DNA of 64,000 bases, taken from assembly GCA_951406725.2 (NCBI GenBank), contig OX597817.1:172918001-172982000 (forward strand), read 5' to 3'. Below the pieces are notes generated by a model. The model did no database searches, had not been told where the DNA came from, and saw nothing but the letters and a program-made list of their open reading frames with translations. The DNA is from Octopus vulgaris. Taxonomy: Eukaryota. Below are positions 14,104 through 26,009 of this stretch, piece after piece (the first letter of the stretch is position 1; every line of letters begins with the position of its first letter). The position numbers and the translations under genes were made by a program.

Positions 14104-14232
14104 CTCTATATCACTCCATATTGAATCTTCGCTGTCGGAAGAACCGTCAGTGTGCACAAGCTGTAACCTTTTGTGAAGAATGTGTAACGGCTTCACCAAG
14201 ACCTCCTCCAGCCGATCCTGACCGCTGGCCAT
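14104..14232 (-). CDS. First coding exon of an unidentified gene (MASGQDRLEEVLVKPLHILHKRLQLVHTDGSSDSEDSIWSDIE)
   Basis: Strong start context GCCATGG and 43 open codons of non-repetitive sequence. Phase-0 donor GAG|GTAAAT at 14103. Upstream acceptor ttcatag (14239-14238) with a CCTAAC branch point about 28 nt before it. No downstream exon was recognised in 1-14100. Confidence 0.75.
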
Positions 14233-14449
14233 GGCTACTATGAAGTTGATATAACAACCGATGCGTTAGGCCACATGTAAAGTGAAGCCGAGTGGAACGA
14301 ACAGGCAGCGTGCGTCAGTCGGATAGCAGCAGTGCCACAGACACCGAACACAAAGTGGCTGTGTATTGACAAGGAATGGTAATAAGTTGCTGGTTAAAAC
14401 AGAGCAACACCATTTCACCAGAGAAGCGGGTGTTTCTCTAACGACTTAC

Positions 14450-14600
14450 AAACCCCCTTTACACACACGTGACGTTACGAAGGATTTTCCGGTGAAGTGT
14501 CTGTGCAGACAATCAAAATGATTAAGTGCTCGTATGAAAGAAAACCTTCTAGCCACGCCTACGTAGGTCCCCCTCGCCTTTTTGGCGAAAATAAATAAAA
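14450..14600 (-). promoter_or_regulatory. Putative promoter and non-coding first exon of the 14.2-kb gene
   Basis: Donor TT|GTAAGT at 14449 gives a 212-nt intron to 14238. The region is locally CpG-rich, with GTCACGTG (E-box overlapping a CRE half-site, about 14465-14475) and an ETS-like CCGGAA (about 14487-14492). Confidence 0.6.
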
Positions 14601-15232
14601 ACCAGGAATAAATTAAATATTTCTAATTAACATACTATTATATTCTTCTTTTCTTTTTTCCAAGTTTCATTCATGTAATTCATTCATAATAATATGTGTT
14701 TGATGTAAACTAGATACCACTCACTTCAAAGAAAATTATATTAAACTAATACAACTAAATAGATATATAAATAAATATTTTTCAATCTGAAATATCATTT
14801 TCGATTTTTTAAAAAATAAGTGTATTTTTTCCCAGAAGCATTTTTTGAAATGTTGAAGTATCTTAAAAAATAACATAAATTATCATAATTAATATTGTAG
14901 TTGTCCTTAGAGAGGTGTGTTTTCACACAGGTTATCTCTTGGGAGGAGTTGCAATCTTGAGCAAGCATTGACCATGATTAAGTGCCTGGCATCTGCAAAG
15001 TTTAAGGTGGTTGCAATAATTCTCTATCAAACAGATAGTGTGACTTGTGGTATATCAACCTTTCAATTCTAGGGAGGGTTAGTGGTGAGAGGCAGTGGTG
15101 GTTGATGTTGGAGCTATTTAACAGGTTATTTTAGACAACTTTCAGTCTGGAGGCTAAGAAGAACTATAAGAAATTCACTGTGACATAGGCGGGGGCAGTC
15201 ATACTCAGTTCTGGATAAACTCTATAAATATG

Positions 15233-15547
15233 GTGACGTACATTTGCCATTTAAATATGGCTAACCCCTAAGGGTGGATGCTACTGTAGTTTGTAGCCCC
15301 AGGAGGACACCTCCTCCAGCTGGCTATAGACACACTTTCTGTCCCTTATCAGTATTTGCGAAGGGAAGCCATCCTTCCAGTCTTCAACTTATGATACACA
15401 GGGACTCGAGTTTCTGAGTATTGACCCGTCAAAGGGCACAGAAAGTGTGTCTATAGCCAGCTGGAGGAGGTGTCTTCCTGGGGCAACAAACTACAGTAGC
15501 ATCCACCCTTAGGGATTAGCCATATTTAAATGGCAAATGTACGTCAC
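15233..15547. repeat. Near-perfect inverted repeat (about 115-bp arms, about 85-bp spacer), MITE/fold-back-like
   Basis: gtgacgtacatttgccatttaaatatggctaa...cacactttctgt (15233-15347) versus its reverse complement at 15432-15547, with only a few mismatches. Confidence 0.9.
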
Positions 15548-15659
15548 GATGTGTTGTAGCTACTGTTTATAACTCGCTCTGAGATTTATTGTTGCTCTAT
15601 AAATATGGTACTCTACAAATGTGGTACTCTACAAATGTGGTACTCTACAAATGTGGTAT

Positions 15660-16260
15660 TGTCCTTTAAACCTGTCCAAGATATAAGTGCACAATAACAA
15701 AACCTTTCTGAACACATACACTTGTTAATCAAAGCATCGCTTATTTGTAGAATTATGTTGAATAGTGATTAGGATAGATGTGGCTTCCAGCTGAGACTAT
15801 CATAAGGATCAACCCACCACCTTTCTTTGGGAAAGCAAACAGCTGTTTTCCACTGTGGTGAAATTTGGCTGACGCAGTTGAAGCTGGGACAAAATTGAAA
15901 GGACTCTCCTTTTTGGTTAACACTTATCAAATTCTTTAAGATTCACTTGAAGAGGTGGGGTGCTGCCTTTCCTTAAATATGATGAACATTTGGTGAGAGT
16001 GGTAAGAATGGCTTAGGTGAATGAGCCTACTCGCAAGTCATACTCATAGAGCTAGAAAACACAGCTGGGAGGAGGTACTTGCACACTTGGCACTCAGCAT
16101 AATCCTGGATATGTGGAATTCCTTGATTGGCCCATGATGTTCTTTCCCATATCTGTTCAGACATTTCATTTCATTCCTTTAGAACACTACTGTTTTCCAT
16201 GCTTGTTTTATTTTTTTCATTGGAAACAAATGAGCAGAGACAATGCAGGGTTAAGAAGGC
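15660..16260 (-). mobile_element. Very decayed LINE reverse-transcriptase remnant
   Basis: Minus strand gives FPKKGG followed by a degenerate RPISL-like segment near 15770-15835, with many stops. Confidence 0.35.
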
Positions 16261-16779
16261 CCTTTAGTCTGGTTGAGAACATGAGAACCTGTCTAGGACT
16301 AGTAACACACAAAAAAAAAAAATACACTCAGTACCTTCTGAAAAGTTGTTAGGAAAGACAACCATACTGAAAATGGAATATATTAAGATGTGATCCTCTG
16401 ACCTGTCTAGGAGGGCAGTAAGTCTGGATGAGAACTGACTTAGAACTATGATGATCCATCCACCTATACCAGCATAGAAAGCAGATGTAAATAACAATGA
16501 TGATGATGATGATGATGATTTTGCATAAATTCCCAATACTTTTCTGATTTGTTCTTTTCTCCTTTTTCTTTTTCTTTTTTTTTTTTGGTCCTTGTTCTTC
16601 AACTTTATAGCAACTCTGGCAGAACCGTTACAGCATTGGAAATTCCCCCAAGGTCCACTTTGTCTCTCAACTTTTCAGAGTCATTAAAATAAAGCACCAG
16701 TCAAATACGGGGGTCAATGGTATTCATTAGATCCCTCAAAATTACTGGCTTGTGCTTAATTAAAAACCTTTGTAAATAC

Positions 16780-17568
16780 CTTTAATCTGTGACAGGAATA
16801 TTTAGGACTCAAATCCGGATGCCAATAGTCAATGCAAAAAGAAAAGAATCAAAAGCAATTCACTCAAATATTACCAACATCAGAAAACCATCTCACCATT
16901 GAAGACTTCGTGTGAACCAGATTGAACATTTCCATCTTTGGTACACTTTTTCTGACGAAGACCACTACTATATATTCAGCACACTTTAGCTGCTACAGGC
17001 AGACAGCAAACAGGACACAACACATAGCAGTCAGCAAGCAGTAGCAGAACCAGCAGCAGGCCAGAGCACTTTCACTACACAAAAACAATGGACAGAAGCA
17101 GCAGTAACTCACAATGACCAGCTAACATCAAGAAATGCATGACCATGACTACTATCATATCTAATCCAAGAACAATAAGCTTCAAGTTATCTCTGTGTTT
17201 GTCACTGATGGTATACAACATTTTTGTTTATGATAAAAATAAGTTTTTATTAAAAATCCCAAACAGATTTCAGTGTTCTTTTTTTGTAACAAATCTTTCA
17301 AAGGTCACTAAAATTAGTTCCAGCCTTGTATGGCCTTGCGCTGAAGTTAGAAATTTGATGGACCTCATTACAAAGGTAAACAGACAAGACGAAGAGCGCG
17401 ATGCAACTGCAATAGATATTTTATTGGTTGAACAATATGTTGAGTTCAAAATGGAAAGTGATAAAAATTTTAAATTCTAGAAATTCAAATCTAAAATATG
17501 AACAAGAGTAACCAGCATCCACACGTTGATGGAATGACATCATCAGTCTTCAAGTTTCAATTTTACAA
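16780..17568 (-). other. Candidate terminal exon and 3'UTR of the upstream minus-strand gene
   Basis: About 50-nt almost pure pyrimidine tract ending ttcgccag (AG at 17570-17569). All three frames stop quickly (L*, xVKLKLED*, xCKIET*). Followed by about 800 nt of non-repetitive sequence with AATAAA at about 17420 and 17246. Confidence 0.5.
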
Positions 17569-17649
17569 CTGGCGAAATGTAAATGAAAGAAAAAGGAAAG
17601 AAGAAAGAAAAGGAAAAAGAAGAAGAATATTTAATCAAACAGTCTTGAG

Positions 17650-18690
17650 TAAATTTGATGAAATTCTCCTGTCATTTTATTCATTCCTCCAGGGCATCAT
17701 GTTAATAACCCACAAACATATTTCTCCTCATGCATTTTGAGTATTGAAAGTGTATCAGATTCAAAATATTTTCTGAGCATATGTACTTTCAAGTCCTTTT
17801 CAAAATTGCAGCCGTTTGATGCAAAATGTTCAGCAAATTCTGTCAAACTACTGTTATTGTGCTCATTAAATCTTTTGTTTAATTGTTCTGTTGTACAACC
17901 AACATAAATCAAGCTGTGTTTCGTGCATTCTGTCGCATGTACACCAAATGGGAATCTCTACATGTTCCACCTTCTGTATAAATCATAACATTTCTGTTAT
18001 GATTCCTGATGGAATTCACTTGACTCATGTTCTTGCTTACCTCTCCTGCAGCTGCTTTACAAGTTACAGCATGCAGATACTCCAATGTTAGTTTTCTTGG
18101 AGTCAAAAGCAGCGGTTAATAGTTCTCTTATATTTTTATTCTGCCTAAAGACTACAATGGGCAGCAGAGGAAATATTTGTTTGAAATGAGGACATTTTTC
18201 CACAACATGCTGGTAACTTTCGTGCAACACTTTTGGAATGCCTGCAAAATTTCAGTTCCAGTTAATCACTAAAGGAATTCTGTCACATATTGTACTGTGA
18301 TTGCTAAAATCATGCATGAAGGTTTGGCTCTCTTTGCTAATCTCAGCTATGTCATGTGCTGTCTCTTTTCATTGGGATTCACTGTAAATGCATTTGACAT
18401 AACGGTATACAAAAGCATTTGCATGTTTCTAGTAATCCCCTTTCTCTGTTTTACCCTCAAAAATTGGGATTTTGGATTTGATTGAATTACATGATGTGGA
18501 TGATTGTAGTGGCAGTGGAGGTAAATGTGGGATGGTGTGGGCTTGCAAAATAACTGTCATTATTCTGCCTCCAAAAAACTTAACTTTTGTGTCCAAAAAT
18601 TCAACACTAGTTTTTGAAAAACTAGACATAGATTTTATGTTGGATTCTAAGCTATAGTTTTTAGAATAATTTAATTAACTTCTTGCATTT
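17650..18690 (-). mobile_element. Penelope-like retroelement remnant (RT C-terminus plus GIY-YIG endonuclease)
   Basis: VEFLDTKVK (RT end) at 18429-18629 and IYVGCTTEQLNKRFNEH (GIY-YIG YxG-T...RF-EH) at 17697-17912. Frameshifted. Confidence 0.85.
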
Positions 18691-18699
18691 CTGTGACTG

Positions 18700-18750
18700 T
18701 TATCATTATTATTATTATTATTGTCATTATTGTTATTATTGTTATTATTA

Positions 18751-18797
<47 letters not shown>

Positions 18798-18811
18798 ATT
18801 ATCATTATTGC

Positions 18812-18844
<33 letters not shown>

Positions 18845-19493
18845 CATTATTGCTATTATTATTATTATTATCATTATTGCTATTATTATTATTGAGTGAG
18901 CGAGCAGTTCATGCCATCAAAGTGACACTGGGGTAAAATATACGAAGCCCAATATACCCATCATGACTACCCATCTGATAAAGGTACACCGGGCACATGC
19001 ATCACAACCATATGTGCACGACATGGTGATCTCATATCAAGATAAACAGCACATGACCTTGCAGGTGGGGCTCAGTTAGAATTTTCTTCAGGTTGAGTAG
19101 CCCATCCCGCTCAAACGGTCCCTGAATAAGGGTTGTTTAAGGATGTTGAAAGAACCACCCATGTTTCCAGAGGTGAACTATTCAAACTCCAAAAAATCCC
19201 TCTCAACACATGGCTATGATGCTCCCCCACTACTTCTGCTCGTGATCAGAGATGCACATATCGTCAGCCACTAAGGGACATGCTCAACTGGTTAAAGTCA
19301 AACAACTGACAAGCAAATCTGTGGTATTGAGCAGAATATTTGCTGTAGCCCATCTTTTATACCAAGACAAAACAATGTACATGATAACACTTCCAATCAG
19401 TTAAGATCAGAAGCCATGAGAGCCACTGCCTGGTACTGCATCCGGGCTTATTATCATTATTATTATTATAATTATTGATATTATCATTATTGC

Positions 19494-19525
<32 letters not shown>

Positions 19526-19683
19526 GCTATTATTATTATTATTATCATTATTATTATTATTATTATAATTATTAATATTATCATTATTATTATTATTATT
19601 ATAATTATTAATATTATCATTATTGCTATTATTATTATTATTATTATCATTATTGCTATTATTATTATTATTATCATTATTGC

Positions 19684-19730
<47 letters not shown>
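18700..19730. repeat. Two (ATT)n-based arrays flanking an unclassified about 550-bp element (18893-19450)
   Basis: Direct inspection. Confidence 0.7.
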
Positions 19731-19731
<1 letters not shown>

Positions 19732-20363
19732 GGCAGCAGGCTAGAAGAATAGTTAGCATGCTGAACAAATTGCTTAGCAGCATTTTGACTGTACTTTTCA
19801 TCCTTCCAAGGTTGATAAATTAAGTAACAGTTGAGCACTGGGAGGGGTTAAGCTGATTACCTCAGCCCTGCAGCGCTCAACTGGTTCTTAATTTATCAAC
19901 CCCCAAAAGGATGAAGGGCAAGGTCAAACTCGGTGGAATTTGAACTCAAAATGTAAAGATGAACAAAATGTCGCTAAGCATTTTGCCTGGCACATTAATG
20001 ATTATAACGTGATTATTAGTTACATACATAATGCAAATTGCGAAATTAAGGCAATACGCCTTGACTGTCAGGCAAGTCTCGGATGGTTTCATAATAAGTG
20101 ATCATTATGCAATATGCATAGTGTAGCTAATAATCATCTTTTGTTAATGAAAATGCGTAAAGTGGTGTAACTAAATAACTTATAGACAATCTTTTGTTTA
20201 TTTTTTGCTGTTGTTTTCTATGTGTTCTTTGGGCAATATTCAAACCTGGACTTCATAACAATGGATACAATTACAATACGTCAGCAGAAATACACACGGA
20301 GTTCTAAATACTGGTTATTTCTCAGATAATTTAAGTCTTATATTGCACTGAATGTGTATGTGT

Positions 20364-20441
<78 letters not shown>

Positions 20442-20546
20442 ATATATATATACATACATATATACATATCATCATCATCATCATCATCATTTAGCGTCCG
20501 TTTTCCATGCTAGCATGGGTTGGACGGTTCTGCATGGGTTGGACGG

Positions 20547-20583
<37 letters not shown>

Positions 20584-20805
20584 TACATATATACATATAT
20601 ATATATATATACATATATAATACATATATACATATATAATACATATATACATATAATACATATATATATATATATATATAATACATATATATATATATAT
20701 ATATATACATATATAATAATAAACATTCCATGTGCTTGGCCAGAGTGAATAGATGTCTGTTCGTCTTCGCTAGGTAAGGTTGGTGGTTTATTTATGATGT
20801 GTTCA

Positions 20806-20873
20806 GAATCAGTTCTGCTGATGATCATAGACGTAAGTTAAATGTGAAATCACGGTGATACAGAACTAAATTC
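20806..20873 (+). ncRNA. Type I hammerhead ribozyme candidate
   Basis: AGUUCUG (20811-20817), CUGAUGA, imperfect stem II capped by GUAA, GAAA (20846-20849), UCAC-G-GUGA, UA, then CAGAACU (20861-20867). Stem I is a perfect 7 bp, with predicted AUA cleavage after 20860. Confidence 0.75.
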
Positions 20874-21344
20874 ATTTTTTAAATGTCTTGCTTTGAAGAA
20901 CTGCATTAGGTATGATTAGTGTAATTTTGGTAGTAATGACTTTGTCCCTCTTAGTGTGAGGCATTTATGTGTAATAATGCCCTCTATACAATATAAATAT
21001 AATTAATTTGTTCAAAAGGAAAAAAATTATTTTCGAATTCTTTTCTCTTATGAGGTTTTTCACGCTAACTACCTGATAATTTCTTGTTAAGATTCCTTAT
21101 TAAGAAGTTATCCTTAATTGTTAAATTTATATACATATATATATATATACATATATACATATATACATATATATATAAGGAATTAATTTGATTTGAAAAC
21201 CCCACTAGAATGGGAGAAAGCGCTAATAATCTGAATGATATGATCTGAATGATATGATATATATATGTAAAAAATGTAATATATAAATAAATATCTATAA
21301 ATATGAACCATCCGATCTTCTGATTACCTCATTTCTTCTAATAC

Positions 21345-21404
<60 letters not shown>

Positions 21405-21645
21405 CATATATATATATATATGTGTGTGTGAAGGCACATGGATCAGTGGTTAGAGGGTCGAGCTTGCGATCGTGAGGTTGTGAGTTCGAATCCCAGACCG
21501 GGCTGCATGTTATGTTCTTGAGCAATAAATTTCATTTCCTGTTGCCACAGTTCACTCAGCTGTAGAAATGAGTTGCGACATCACAGGTGCCAAGCTGTAT
21601 ATATATATATATAGTTGTCAATTGTGGAACACGACTGTCACTACT

Positions 21646-21690
21646 ATATAAACCTGATGATTGCGTAATGCATGAAAGTACTAGTTTTAT
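21646..21690 (+). ncRNA. Minimal type I hammerhead ribozyme candidate
   Basis: AAAC-CUGAUGA-UUGC GUAAU GCAU-GAAA-GUAC-UA-GUUU. Palindromic stem III AGUACU, 4-bp stem I, and a U-U mismatch at the base of stem II. Confidence 0.65.
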
Positions 21691-22019
21691 CACAATAAAT
21701 ATATGATATTCTATTATTATAATATTGTAAAATTGTAAATAATAAAACATGAAAATCAGACTAGGCTTGAATTTCATTGATTAATATATATATATATATA
21801 TATATATGGTATGCAAATTAGTAGTCCCTGTTTTCTGTACCTACTGTAATTGTTGAGTATATAAACAGATTGGCTACTGTGTCCCTGGGATTGGTCAAAT
21901 TGGTGTAGATGCCTCTGATGAAAATCCAATAAGATATGACAATCAAAGTTGTTCACCATTTTTTTCAATCTACAGAGAAACATCTAAATTAGCCCTGTTT
22001 ATAACGGTATTATACAGGT

Positions 22020-22050
<31 letters not shown>

Positions 22051-22144
22051 AAAAAGAGAGGGAAGAAGCTCCTGCTACTAAAAGGAACTATTTAAGTGTG
22101 GAAGGTGGAGATTGGTGTGTTTATGTACATATATCCCTGCCTGT

Positions 22145-22512
22145 GGAGGCACAATGGGCCAGTGGTTAGGGCAGCAGACTCGTGGTTGTAGGATCGCGGT
22201 TTTGATTCCCAGACCGGGCGTTATGAGTGTTTATTGAGCGAAAACACCTAAAGCTCCACGAGGCTCCGGCAGGGGGTGGTGATCCCTGCTGTACTCTTTC
22301 ACCACAACTTTCTCTCACTCTTACTTCCTGTTTCTGTTGTACCTGTATTTCAAAGGGCCGGCCTTGTCACGCTGAATATCCCCGAGAACTACGTTAAGGG
22401 TACATGTGTCTGTGGAGTGCTCAGCCACTTACACGTTAATTTCACGAGCAGGCTGTTCCATTGATCGGATCAACCGGAACCCTCGTCGTCGTTACCGACG
22501 GAGTGCTTCCAT
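22145..22512 (+). mobile_element. tRNA-derived SINE, full length; a second copy lies at 60227-60575 (+)
   Basis: Head ggaggc(a/g)caatgg..cagtggttagggcagc...ggttt(t/c)gattccc and tail cggaaccctcgtcgt..taccgacggagtgcttcc are shared by both copies. Confidence 0.9.
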
Positions 22513-22920
22513 ATCCCTGCCTACATACCTACATACATACATACATACATACATATATACATAAACACATCAGCCTCCACCTTCCTCACCCAAATAATTC
22601 CTTTTAGTAGTTGTCGCTTCTTCTCTTTCTTTTTTCATTGTTCTTCCGTCTTGCTCATTACAGGGCAACCTCACTAGCCCACCCTCTAGAGAGGTTGGCA
22701 TTAGGAGGGGCATCAAACCATAGAACCTATGCCAAAAGATGACGACATTGGAGTTCACTGTGGCCCTGTAACTTGCCAGTTTCTGTCAAAATGTCCAACC
22801 CATGCAAGCACTTAAAACGGATGTTTGATGATGATGATAATGTGATAATGATAATGAAGAGGATGAACTATGTGTATGTGTGTGCACGTACATATACACA
22901 CACACACACACACAAATATG

Positions 22921-22970
<50 letters not shown>

Positions 22971-23109
22971 AGTGTATGTATATATATATATATGTATAAA
23001 TAAATGTAAAACAAGGTGGAAAAAAGAGTACTCAAAAACTGTCCGACGAACGGGAACGTGAAATTCAGAGTAACAGGTTTTGTTGAATTTTCTGCTGCTT
23101 TAAATAAAG

Positions 23110-23149
<40 letters not shown>

Positions 23150-24720
23150 TGTATAACTCCACACACAACCCCATGCACACACTGCACTCAAAACACACAC
23201 ACACAACATATACTTACACACATATAGATACACACACACACATATACTTCAAACTGCCAGTCAAATACCTTTCTACTGACCATTCCTCTAAGCACATGTG
23301 AAGAGACACACAACAACACAAAGGACCACCACTCCTGTTATCATGCACCTGAATTCTTCCCACAACATTAAGAGACACAAAATTCACACACACACACACA
23401 GACACACAGACTTGCACGCATGCACACACTCATACGTTTTCTTCCTGCATCTTACTTTTCTATCAGACTTTTCCTCTGTTTCTGAAGAAGAGCGTTTGCT
23501 CAAAATATTAAATCACCTTTATTTCCTTCCCTGAGCATCTGCTAATACTTTACATATACCCCGTCCTCACGTTGTTGTTTTTTGTGTTTTTTCTTTGTTT
23601 TTTTTGGGGGGGGGGGATTTATTATATATACATTACCATATGAGTGAGATCGTGGCCAGAGCAACAAGCTGGCCTCCATACCGATGGCACATTAAAAACA
23701 CCATTCGAGCGTGATTGTTACCTGCGTCGCCTTACTAGCACTTGTGTCGCTGGACTGGCTCCTGTGCAGGTGGCACATAAAAAGCACCATTTGAGCATGG
23801 CCGTTGCCCATACCGCCTGACTGACCCTTGTGCCGGTGGCACATAAAAGCACCCACTACACTCTCAGAGTGGTTGGCGTTAGGAAGGGCATCCAGCTGTA
23901 GAAACTCTGCCAGATCAGATTGGGGTCTGGTGCAGCCATCTGGCTCGCCAGTCCTCACTCAAATCGTCCAACCCATGCAAGCATGGAAAACAGACATTAA
24001 ATGATGATGATGATGATATATACATACATATATATATATATATATATAAGCCATGAACTCAAGAAAAAGAACATGCAATTTAGCAGACTAATTAATAATT
24101 CACAGTAACATAGTGTCTTCAAAAAAGTGTACTTGGATTCACCTCTTTGAAGTACACTGGCTGTGTGATAAAAAATTTGTTTCCCAACCACATGGCTCCA
24201 GGTTCAGCCCCACTGTCTGGCACATTCACCAAGTGTCTTCCACAATAGCCTCAGACTGATCAAAGCCTTCTGAGTGGATTTAGTAGATGGAAACTGAAAG
24301 AAGCTCATTTTATATGAGTGTGTGTGTGTGTGTCTATGTTTGTCCCTCACCACAGCTTGACAACCTGTGTTGATGTATTTATGTCCCTGTAACTCAGCAA
24401 TTCAGCAAAATTGACCGATAGAATAAATACCAGGCTTAAAAAAAAAGTACTGTGGTTGATTTGTTGAGGTAAAGTTCTTCAAGGTGGTGCCCCAGCATGG
24501 CCACGGTCTAATGAGTGATACATGTAGAAGATCAAAGATGAAAGAGACACATATATATCAAAGTGCAGGTATAGGTGCATAGTTTGGAAAATTGCTTTGC
24601 ATCCATGTGGTTTTGGGTTCAGCACCACTTTATAAGCCCTTGCGAAAGTGTGTTCTTGTATAGCCCTGGGCCAACCAAAGCCTTGTGAGTGGACTTGACA
24701 GATGGAACCTAAAAAACACT

Positions 24721-24758
<38 letters not shown>

Positions 24759-26009
24759 GTCACTTTCAGTGCTACTGGTAACATGTAACTTTGTTTAACA
24801 CATTGTGTGGTCAGACCACCACCAACTAATTAGCAACTCTATGAAAACTAATTGGCACAGAGAGTAATTTTCATTGGACACCCTGGAGGACAATGAACAA
24901 AACCTGTCACATTACAAATGAACATAGTAGCGCCAACAGCCATCAAATAGCTGAGGGTGAGACACCTCTCTGCTTTACTTGGACATTGCTTTAGAATCAA
25001 AACTCTGATGTAACACCTGTGACTTCATTTGCATCCATTTATGTCTACGAGTTCTTTTGGGGCAAATGCAGGTGAATTTAGAGCAAAACACTTCATCGCA
25101 CGTTGCTCTGCAATCACTTTGACACCTGACATATGCTACGCTGCACACCTGGAAATTTTACCGGTGAGTGTGTTAAATAATAAGACTTAAATGAATAAAT
25201 GGAACAAGATTAAACTTTTATCTTAATACATTTATTTATTCTGCTATATCAGCCAACAGGCTCGAAACAGAAGTCGTGAGAAAGGAGATAATGCATAAAT
25301 TCATTTAGCAGCTCACGTCTGTTTATTCCTGCATTTGATCTGTCATACACAGATAGCAAGTGTTGTGTTGCCTAGATACAGAATGTCTGCTGTCAATAGA
25401 GGATTTAGAGAGCTTCATTTATTTAATAAGGATTATGGTATATGTCATGTCTTTTTTCTTTATGACCGGATACTCTTCCCATATCTTTACAGAATAAACT
25501 GGGTACAATTTATCACACCACTAAACCAATATCAATGTCTTCAGATAGATTAAATTATCCTCTAAAGTTTGTATCTGTACTTCTTTTAGTCAAAGTTTCA
25601 TTTCCTTCAGAAGTGTTGCAAGTTCTGATGTTTGCCTACTCCGTTCATTTCCTGTTATTCTTTCTCTCTTTGGCAAGGTTTTCCTAAGATCCCCTACTTA
25701 ACACCAACTATCTTACAGCATACATCAAACACTCCCCTTCATTTTACTGGGAGAAGAGACATATCATCAATAAAGAAGGAAACAATGGAAGTAATGCAGA
25801 GCCCCTTCTTCCCTAACATTACTTCCATTCATTTTTTCTCTTTGTAACATGGTTAAATTATAATATATATATATATATACACATACACATATCGATGTAT
25901 ATATATACATATATATTTACAGATAAATTCCTCTATTTACATAATATCGAGGTCTCTTTCTTTCTTTTGTTGTCTTACCGTTTTTATCAATATATATATA
26001 CATACACAT

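Noticed and set aside
19390-19445. Two short U2 snRNA-like words (atcagttaagatc, cctggtactgca)
   Set aside because: Spacing is incompatible with U2, there is no branch-recognition sequence or Sm site, and it is part of an unclassified element.
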